This document shows positions 1 to 10,900 of a DNA stretch of 39,243 nt, in pieces. The position numbers and the translations under genes are program-made. Positions within the stretch are counted from its first letter, which is position 1; every line of letters starts with the position of its first letter. The notes beneath the pieces are model-generated. The model was given only the letters and a program-made list of their open reading frames with translations, searched no databases and had not been told where the DNA came from. Origin of the DNA: Octopus bimaculoides (taxonomy: Eukaryota); NCBI RefSeq assembly GCF_001194135.2, contig NC_069000.1:18265159-18304401 (forward strand), given 5' to 3'.

Positions 1-300
1 AAATGGCTGAAGTCCAAAAGATAGTGCTCATGGGAACTGCCCATATCCTACGTAAAATACTGTCTATGTGATCTCAAATTTTAAAGCAAACATAATTTTC
101 TTATGGTTTCTTAAACATTCACTTGAACAAAACTGTACAAATCCAAATATATGGTACCCTAGGCATAACACCTACATGAACTTCTAACTTGTTGTCTCTT
201 GAGGTCTCTGGGTGAGACTTGGATCCAACTTGTACAAATGCAAAACAAAAGTCAAACATAAAATAATAATAATAATAATGATGATGATGATGATGATGAT
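1..300 (+). mobile_element. 3' end of a non-LTR retrotransposon with a restriction-like endonuclease (R4/Dong/Hero-like), ending in (TAA)n
   Basis: Bases 3-71 encode MAEVQKIVLMGTAHILRKILSM*, resembling the QKxxLxGTAxILR C-terminus of RLE-type elements. A ~190-nt UTR follows, then AAT/GAT repeats from ~260. Confidence 0.6.
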
Positions 301-426
301 AAGAGCAATAATAATAATAATAATAATAATTATTATTATTATTATTATTATTATGATAAAAGCAATAATAATAAATTGAGGTTATTACTAAGTGATGATG
401 ATGATGATTCTGTTGTCTTTATACAG

Positions 427-506
427 CTCTACATAAAAGGAGAGAGCAAAGAATGTATCAACAATGACGTTCGAACTCTTGCACTGAAAGCTGCCACCAC
501 ATTAGT
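427..506 (+). CDS. MROH1: MROH1 exon a (LYIKGESKECINNDVRTLALKAATTL+gt), phase 0 to 2
   Basis: Acceptor tttatacag, donor GTATCCTTT. Aligns with human AYIRAEPPDSLRTPIRKKAMLTCTYLV. GT plus the T of the next exon makes Val. Confidence 0.88.
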
Positions 507-3500
507 GTATCCTTTTTTTTTAGTCAAAAGTCTCAATTAAAATCCTCATCCTCCTTCAAATTTCCATTTACCAATCACTCACTCGTCTTCTTACCAATTG
601 TTTCCTACATCAAGTTAACACACTCTTTTTTTTTTTTTCATTTTTTTTTCTTTTTTTTTTAAGTAGGATATGGAGTCATATCTAATAACTAGGTCAATAG
701 TTGGCTCAGTCTACTAGTTAAACCTATCATTTAGAGTTCTGCTGCATCCATTGTATTGTCGAAAGAAACTGACATTTGATGGCTGAAGTGAATTCACTGT
801 AAAAGATAACTGTTGTTAAGAAGCTTGCTTTGCAGCCACATGATTTTGGATTCAGTCTCACTAAACAGCTCCTTGGGCAAGTGTCTTCTGCTATATATTG
901 GGTTGTCTGAAAAGTTCATGCCGATTTATAGTAGCTTACCTTTCGACTTATTTGCCATGAAAAAAATAGTACTTGAATACTGTAGGTAGAGCTATTTGCC
1001 TTTTTATTAAAAGCTGCAAAAACATCTCAAAAAAACCATGACTCAGTTTCACATTTTTGTTCATCAGACAATCTTGATTACATCTGTCCATCGAACGGGA
1101 AAGTGAAGCTGTGTGTCACAGTTTTTTGTTATGGTTTTGCAGCTTTTAATAAAAAATACATACATACATATATATATACAGAGAGAGAGAGAGAGAGGTG
1201 TATAAATATGCACATGCAGAGACACAAACACATGTATGCATGCTACCCTCCGTCTCTGGCAAAATAAACACACTATCACACAATCAGATATGCATGCCCT
1301 TACTAACACGTATATTCATACAAGCATATTGATGTACATACATATACACCAACATAGAAACGATGAAACATGTATTAGTTGTCTCCCTTGACCCAGATTC
1401 TTTTATTTATAAGTCAACTGGACCCTAAACTAAATGAAAAGGAAGTTGAAGATCTCGTAGAGTCGGCGACCACCAATGTTCTTTCTCTACCCCTTGATGG
1501 CTGTGCGCCAAAGAAGGGCAAAGAAGAGACATACGAGGAAGTTGTTGAAGCTGGGGAACATCTTAAGGATGCCATCAACGCTTTAAACACTCTTTTGAAG
1601 GAGATACTTCGCAAAGATCTCACTCCAAATGGACTTGAAAGTATATTTAAGGTAAATATTTCACATATTCTACTACTTCCGTGCATTTTACTATTCTAAC
1701 ATAAGGGAAAGAGTTTTGTAGGTGACAGTTTGGGATGATGAAGGTATTCATATTTTTTACAGATTTTTATGAGATTTTCCCGAAATTACAAAAGCCATAC
1801 TCATATTTTATTAACAAACTCAACCACTCTCAATTTAATTTGTAATAAAACGACCGTTCGAACCAAAGGAGGATGGCGACGAGACGGAAAAGGCTCCTTT
1901 TAACCTGTCGCACAGTCGAACACAAAAACATGTTACATGACATAGAAGGCTTGTCATGAGAGATACGAGCCAAGTGACAATAAAAGGAACAGAGAGTGAC
2001 AGAGACAACCGTTAGATATATAAAGAGAGTAAGTTTATTAACATAGTGAAACTGTAGTGTCTGTGCGTGCATGCATGCGGCATATATAAATAAGACAATA
2101 CATAAGTCAGGCCTTCGTGTACAAGAGTATGTATGCAACAATATGAATGACGGACTGTCGTATAAGCAAGAGTGTGTATACAATATGTGTGTGTGTGTGA
2201 GAGAGAGAAACACAGAACATAGAAAAAGTGTCTGTAACATAGACTGTAAAAGTCTTAAACACAGAGATAGAGAAATACCAGCTCATATAAGAGTTACACA
2301 AGATGATAGAATGTTCATACGCAGGAAGTTGTGGCCAAGGGAGCAGAGCTGTTGTGTCTCTTGCTGTGTGTGTTGAGCGTCGATGCTGCAACCGGTTACC
2401 TGGTACAGAATATTTTCACAGGTTAGTTCTGACCGTTAAACTTCGTGGATGGGAATAATCCACTCAAACAGTGTCGAGATGTAACCGCGTTTGTAGTTGT
2501 TGGTGTATACTCTGGTAGTGGTGCTGCTGGTGACGACATTGGTGGTGTTGACGTCATCGCTGGAAACTGGCTGGAGCTGTGTTCTGTATGTGTGGTCAGC
2601 GACCAGACCTGTGAGAGGTCTGAAATCGAAGACGACCGACGTCGTTGGAGCGGGCTTATTTACATATGAAATAGGGCTCACCGGAAACCCAGAAAAACTC
2701 TCTCTCACGTGACCTTATTTGAAGGCCACGATTGGACGGTATGCACCCTGGCGTAAAGCAGAACTGGGGACAATTGCTGCGCAAATGAGAACCAATCAGG
2801 GTGGTGAACACAAGGGTCCAAGGCAACCGAAGGCTAGATGTTAGCCGCTTCGTTATCATTTGTGATTGAATGCCCGAGAGAGAGGTTTCATTACAAATTT
2901 GTCAATTTATGAAACAAACGTTCCTTTAAAGAGCAAGTGTATTCATATATAAAAGATAAATAACATTTAACTATTTATTATGAAAAGAGTGAACACCAGT
3001 TTTTGATAAAATATATTTTTATTGAATGTTATTGAAAATCACTTTATATTGCAGAGCTGTGGACTTTGTTTCTTTGTAGACTATTCTGAGAAACACAGGC
3101 CCATAAATATGTACTAGAATAATGTTATAGAGTATTGGTACTCTCTCACTCTCATTTTATTGGGTTGGTGCATAATTATTGCGGGTTTTTTCATCAAATT
3201 TTATTCAACAAAAGCAATAACAACATGTGTCAAAAACATCTTTAACTGATTATTCCGGAGCTAATATAAAACTATGTTATTCTATTTTCAGCACCTCAAA
3301 ATATGGTTATCCTCTTCAAGTGACTTCCACAGAGAAAGAGTTTTGGAAACTTGGTTGTTGTTACTTCGATTTTTCCGTGAAAATGTGAATCCAGTAAACA
3401 CAGTGAGTTTTCCTATAAGACACCAGAAATAGGTTCCATTTAATTAGTTTAGGTTCTCTTCTTTCTCTTCTCTTAACCCTTTAGCATTTAAACCAGTCAT

Positions 3501-5148
3501 ATCTGATCCAAATATTCTACCTGCTTTATGTCCAAACTGACCAGATCTGGCCTCTCATACCTAACCTATAATGTCATATTAAAAATAAACTATTACATGA
3601 TTGAAATTTTGAAGTGACAAGATAATGCATGATCAATTCTAAATATATGAATAAATAAGGCGCAGGAGTGACTGTGTGGTAAGTAGCTTGCTTACCAACC
3701 ATATGGTTCCGGGTTCAGTCCCACTGCGTGGCACCTTGGGCAAGTGTCTTCTACTATAGGCTCGGGCCGACCAAAGCCTTGTGAGTGGATTTGGTAGACG
3801 GAAACTGAAAGAAGCCTGTTGTATATATGTATATATATATATATGTATGTGATGTGTGTGTGTATGTTTGTGTGTCTGTGTTTGTCCCCCTAGCATTGCT
3901 TGACAACCGATGCTAGTGTGTTTATGTCCCTGTCACTTAGCGGTTCGGCAAAAAGAGACCGATAGAATAAGTACGGGGCTTACAAAGAATAAGTCCCGGG
4001 GTCGATTTGCTCATCTAAAGGCGGTGCTCCAGCATGGCCACAGTCAAAATGACTGAAACAAGTAAAAGAGTAAGCATTACATTTGACAGAGTAATCTGAA
4101 TGCTAAAGGGTTAAATTTGTTGACTGCAATAAAGCTTGTAGTTTCTTATTATCTTTTAACCAAAAGGGAATGAAGTGCCCATGCCCTGGGCACTAGCATT
4201 GCATTCTCTCTTGTATAAAACAAGCTTTGTTACACTCAATACAGGGCCTTCTGAAACTCTTAGAAAAGAGACAGAGAAGAAGGACAGTGTGGGGTCTTCA
4301 CAAGGTACCCAAAGCACCAGGCAGTGGTGTTAAACTGGGCAGTGAATTAAAATTATTGCCTGAATATGCCATGGTGGAATTTGAACTCAGACTACAAAGA
4401 TCCAGAGCAATTACCACAAGGCATCTGGTCTGATACTCACCAGTCCATGATTCTGGATTGATACTCTTTGTGTTAATCCAGAACACATGAAAGGCAGAGT
4501 TGATGAGCAGCATTCGAACCAACAATATATCTGTTCTACCGAGTCACCATTCATGTTAGAAATGGTGTAAAAGTAGACTAACCCTTTAGCATTTAAACCA
4601 GCCATAGCTGACCCAAATATTCTACCAGTTTTATGTCCAGACTGACTAGATTTGGCCTCTCACACCTACCCTACAATGTCATTATAAGAATAAACAATCA
4701 CCTCATTGAAATCTCAAAGCTACATGATAATGATTGATTCAAAACAGTGTGAATAAATAAGCATTATATTTGACAGAGTAATCTGAACACTAAAGGGTTA
4801 AGGAATATGATGTTGCTGTTTAGTTCCCAATCAGACCTGATTGGGCATATCAAAGATATTTCAAAGCTTTGGTCATCCCAACTTTTTGTATATGTATGCA
4901 AAAGATATTTGGGTGTCATTTGAGAGAATTTGATTGCTATTTCTAGCTACTTAAATGACCACATTCATATTTTTTTATTGTTTCATAAGGATTCAAATTC
5001 CGCCAAGGTCAACTTTGCCTTTCATCCTTTTGAGTTGATAAAAAAAAGAAGTACCAGTTGAGTACTGGGGTCAATGTAATTGATTATCCCCCTCCCCCAA
5101 TTTCAGGTCTTGTGTCTGAAGCAGAAAGGATCATCATCATCATTGCTA

Positions 5149-5182
<34 letters not shown>

Positions 5183-6932
5183 GGCAAGCTGGCAGAATTA
5201 GTAGCACCGGGGGCAAAATGTTTAGCAGCCTTTCATCTGTCTTTATTTCCTGAGTTCAAATTCTGCTAAGGTTAACTTTGCCTTTCATCCTTCCAGGGTT
5301 GATAAAATAAGAACCAACCGAGTACTGGGGGAAGGGGGGTCAATGTAATCAACTGATCTCTTCCCACCAAATTGCTGACTTTGTGCCAAAATTTGAAACC
5401 ATCATCGTCATCATCATCATCATCATCATCATCGTGTATATGTAATATTACTTAATATTAACCAGACATCTTTATTTTCTTAATTGCAGTCTGACTTTTC
5501 TAACATTGGGATTTTCTTAGCTAATTTGATACCTCGTTGTTCTGACCCTGTCATCAAAGTCCGTAAATTATCTCTGAATTGCGTCCACACTATCCTTGAG
5601 AGTGCAATGATTATGGAAGGTCAGTTCCTTTCTTTTTGTTTCATTTTTGTTTACTTTCATATTTTTATTTATTTCATTACCCCTCATTTTTTTTTTTTTA
5701 AATAGTCTTTTTTCTTTTCATTTTTGCGTGTTTTTCTTTTCTTTTTACTTGTTTCAGTCATTTGATTGTGGTCATGCTGCAACACTGCCTTGAAGTGTGT
5801 TTGTTGAACAATTTTAAGCCTAGTTCTTATTCTCTTGGTCTCTTTGCCAAACCTCTAAGCCATGGGGACACAAACACACCATCACTAGCTATCAAGCAGT
5901 GATGGGAGGACAAACACAAAGACGTATACATATATACACACACACACACACACATATATACAGGGTGTGGTGAATAAATTGTTGTCTAAATTACGTAAAA
6001 ATGAAAATAACACTGACATCTCATTTTAACAGATATATTTACCAAAATTACATAAAAATTTCTTAAATACTAAAGAGTAAATTTATTCAATAAAATCTCC
6101 AATGGCTTCAACCACAGCCTCCAGATGACTTTGGAATCTCCTGCATCTCTTCTGGACAGTCTCCTTTTTTATGTTGGTGAATGCTGCCACAATACTTGTC
6201 TTCAGTTCATCTTTGGTGTTACAAGGACTTTTGTTGGTCTCTTGCTCAGCTGTGCCCCACACATAATAATCAAGGGGGTTGCAGTCTGGTGCAGTTTTGA
6301 AAAGACTGGATTATCTGTCCGTCTCACCATCTTAACACAGAATTTATTGAACTTAGGTGTTTTGTTGCTTTTTTTTATATCTCAGGTGAAAATCCACACA
6401 ATGATGTGATGTTAAATGGATTCCAGACTTTGAATGAAAGGATTGAGAAATCTGACACCAACGTGCTGTTTGTAGTGGCAGTTGACATCTCTAAAGTAAG
6501 ATACTTGTGATATTTTTACTTTTTGTTTGGATGTGTGTTTATATAAACCTGCTGATGTTCAAGTGTGTCTGAATGTGTGATTTCATGTGAACTTGTGTTC
6601 ATGTAGTAGATGTAGTGGATTTCTAAAGTATGCTGTGACTTTCTACATTTCTCTATCCATAGAAGACTTTATATTTGTGTGCTTGTATATACTCTCTCTT
6701 TTACTCTTTTACTTGTTTCAGTCATTTGACTGTGGCCATGCTGGAGCACCGCCTTTAGTCAAGCAAATCGACCTCAGGACTTATTCTTTGTAAGCTTAGT
6801 ACTTATTGTATCGGTCTTCTTTGCCGAACCGCCAAGTTATGGGGACGCAAACACACCAGCATCGGTTGTCAAGCGATGGTGGGGGGACAAACACAGACAC
6901 ACAAACATACACACACACACACGCACACACAC

Positions 6933-6987
<55 letters not shown>

Positions 6988-7949
6988 TATATACATATAT
7001 ACAACGGACTTCTTTCAGTTTCTGTCTACCAAATCCACTCACAAGGCTTTGGTCGGCCCGAGGCTATAGTAGAAGACACTTGCCCAAGGTGCCACGCAGT
7101 GGGACTGAACCCGGAGCCATGTGGCTGGTAAGCAAGCTACTTACCACACAGCCACTCCTACGCCTGTGTATATACATTTGTTTATTCATCCATATTTTTC
7201 ATACTTGCTTGCATTGAAAGAAAAGATTTTTAAAGCAACATTTGACAGATGCTCTTCCTTTTGCCACACCTTACCTGTTTTCCAAGCCTGTCTCTCTGTC
7301 ATATTTTAGTCTCTCAACATTTGGCATAAAACCATCTCCCCATCTACTACAACGCCACTCAGTTTAGGGAGCTTCTTCTTTTCCTTTGTCTAGCAAGCTA
7401 CTTGGTGACTCCGCTAGTGCCAGTATCATGAAAAAAGCACCCAGTACACTCTGTAAAGTGGTTGGCTTGAGGAAAGGGATCCAGCCAAAAAAAACCATGC
7501 TAAAACAGACATTGGAGCTTGAAACTATCTTCTGGTTCATTGTATCCTGTCAAACCATCCAACACATACCAGAATGGAAGATGGATGTTAAACGATGATA
7601 TGTGTGTGTATTTACACATTCAAGAAAATGTTCTTGATGCAGTCACAATATTTGAAAAATAAATTTTACATTAATAATTCACTAAAAAAATATGTCTGTT
7701 TATGCTGGCATTAGGAAGGGCGTCCAGCTATAGAAACCATGCCAAAACAGATAATCGGAGTCTAGATATCTCTCTAATTGGCCAGCTCCTGTCAAACTGC
7801 CCAGCTCATGCCAACATTGAAAATGGATGTTAAATGATGATGATATTTTTATTGAGGTATGGGCAATTGTGTAGCATGAGCAGATATCTGTGAGTGTGTT
7901 TATATGTCTGGTAGGGTATACAACATTTTTTTCCTTGGTTATATGTGTT

Positions 7950-7997
<48 letters not shown>

Positions 7998-10900
7998 CAA
8001 GCATTCATGCTGTCTTGTAAATGAATACACACATGTGCACACATGCACACATTTAAAAATTTAAGAAAAAGTTCTTGATGCAGTTCCTACATTTGGAAAA
8101 TTATTTTATCAATTAAAAATTATCTGTATGCATCTGTTTATGTTGAAGTGTGAATTAGTGTCCTATGCCTGCATCTATCTGGTTTATATGTGTATGAGGT
8201 AGTGTGTTGCATAAATTAAATTTTTTTTTCTGGTGATGTGTGTATGCATTCTTACTGTCTTATAAATAAATACCAGTAACATATTAGGGCCCATACCAAT
8301 TTACTGTACCAACAGTGTAACTGTATCTGAAGATATTATTTATGACATTTTTGCATTTCTTCATTCAATTGTACATTATTACTTATTTTGATGTGACAGG
8401 TCGTGGCCAAAAAGCTTCCCAAAACACAACTGATGTCCTTCTTGAGTGTTTTAGAAGAAGGTTTGGTAGACAGCATGGCTCACAGTTCTTCCGGCTCCTG
8501 TGTCATGTTAACCAGTTTAATGAAACAACGAGGACGAGAGCTTCGAGAAGATGTAAGTTTCACAGTCACAAGATGCTTTTCATTATTATCATAGTCATTA
8601 AGGCAGTGAGCTGGCAGAACTGTCAGCACACTGGGCAAATTGTTTAACAGCATTCTGAGTTCAAATCCCACCAAAGTCAATTTTGCCTTTCATCTTTTTG
8701 GGGTCGATAAAATAAATATCACTTGGGTACTTATTTTATCGACTTACCTTCTCCCCCAAATTGCTGGCCTTGTGCCAAGATTTGAAACCATTATTATTGT
8801 AGTTTTTGTTGCTGTTATCGTTGTTATTATCAACCCCATAAAGGTTAGCAGCTCAGTCAAAGAGACAAGCTGTGGAAAAGTGTGTCTGACAAACTGTGAC
8901 CACACCTGCTCACCATCAAGTAAATGCTGGAGATGCTGTAGCCTGAGCGCATGTCTGCACATCAATAACCACGACATGCCCAGCCCTCCATTCAGCTTCT
9001 GTTGACAGCAGATGGAGCGCCTGACTAGTGGAACACGCCCTTTCCACAGAAAGTGGAAGAGTAAGCACACCAGCTTAGTCAACCAGCAAATGGGACAAGG
9101 GACGATGGTCAAACAGTAATGTACGCATTTGCCACCTCCACTTGACCTTTCCGGAACAGCTTTTTCTCCACCTGGAGGTCTAGACCAAACCAGACTCTGA
9201 GCAATTTAATGGGACTGTCTTATCTGTCCAGTGCCCCATGACACTGTTGGACAGCATGGATTTGCCTCTCTGGGTGCCTTAATAATAAGAATAATAATAA
9301 TGATAATAATAATAATAATAATAATAACAATGTTAATAATAATAATAATAATAATAATAACAATGATAATAATAATAATAACAATGATAATAATAAAAAC
9401 AATAATAACAATATTAGTGTAGTAATAGTGAATGATAATATATTAACAGTAAATAATAATATATTTTATAAATAATACAATTCAGAAAAAAAGAATCATC
9501 TGTTATTCCTTCCCTCCATCTCTCTCTCTGTCTGTCTATCTGTCTCTCTCTCTCTCTCTCTGTCTGTCTATCTGTCTCTCTCTCTCTCTCTGTGTCTCTA
9601 TCTCTCTCTGTCTCTCTCTCTCTCTCTCTCCATCTCTCTCTCTATCTATCTATCTCTCTCTCTCTCCACCTCCTCTCTCTCCCTCTTTCTTTCTCTCCCT
9701 CCTCTCTCTCTCTCTCATATTTTTGAGTAATTGTATAAAATATTATTTTCTCATTGAAGGTTAGCACTATTATAGAGACATTACACCAACGCCTTGAATA
9801 TATTCAGCACTCACAATCACGAACTGGGACCCTAAGAGCCCTACGAACTGTCATTTCACAACACCTTCCTGTAGCCCTGAAGTGTCTTTTAGCTTACCCA
9901 ATACCTTATGACACGTAAGTGAGCAATTGTTATTTATACCTTTTTTATTCATTTTTTTAATATTTATTTATTTGTGTTTTAGAATCTAAACAAATTTTTT
10001 GGGTTGAGGACTATGGGACCCAGAGCTCTCTGACTGCTTTTGTAGATTCTAGGTTGTTTTTTTGCCCCTCTGAATTTCTGAAATGTAATATTATCATTAT
10101 TATACACCAATGCTCTGCAACCGGTAATGCTGCAGCACACTGAACCCAAAATCATGTCGCTGAGAAGCAAACCTCTTACTGCACAATCACACCTGTGCCT
10201 TATATTCTCAGAATTTCAAACTGAATCCTAACCACTGGAGAAAATTGTTCTCTTTTGTTGACCATACCAGGGATATTTTTGTACTAGTTATTTTCATATT
10301 TCTGATGCCATTTACTTATTCTGCTTAAAACAGTGCAGGGAGATATTTTGCAAGGTTTTTTTTCTTTTATAGAGCAGGACCTATTATTATCCATAGTCCC
10401 TCTTTGACGCTCTAGGCCCTGGAATGATATACCAGCCAAATCCCTCCTCATCTTATAGCCCCGAAACAGAGTATAGGTGGATTAACTGACCTAGGGATTG
10501 AACTTACATGTTAAGTACATGTTTAGGGACTGAACTTACATGTTAAGTATTGCAGTTTATTTGGTAGATGTGAGGTACTACTACATGTACTGAGGGTTGA
10601 TATATTTTAACCATTCCTTTGAAGACAGTACCCCGACTTGGGTACAGTGCAAGAACTGAAACTAGTCAAAAGAATTACTGAATATGAAATGAAGATATTT
10701 AGTATTTTGCCAAAGTTCTGAGTACAGTTTTCACCAAAATTGCCTTCCATTATTCTGAATTTGATAAAAGTCTATAAATACTGAAGTTGATGGTGCTCCA
10801 GTTTGGCCACTGTCCAAGTACTGAAACCAGTAAAGACTATAACAAATGTCCATACAAATGAATGACACAGATTGCTGATTTCATCAGTTTTAATCGTATC

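Noticed and set aside
1394-1396. Alternative acceptor CAG for exon b
   Set aside because: It is only 5 nt from the putative branch A and gives an in-frame TAA at 1410-1412.
2071-2859. Cluster of overlapping 67-101 aa ORFs in GC-richer DNA
   Set aside because: They lie inside the solo LTR, show no recognisable gag/pol or cellular motifs, and are expected from the base composition.
3659-3740. tRNA gene
   Set aside because: The A/B-box-like head continues into a multi-copy SINE body and I could not fold a full cloverleaf.
6796-7217. ORFs with HTHT/YIYI/CVCV runs (also at 7700-8050, 36654-37091 and around the N gaps)
   Set aside because: They are translations of CA/TA microsatellites or run through Ns.
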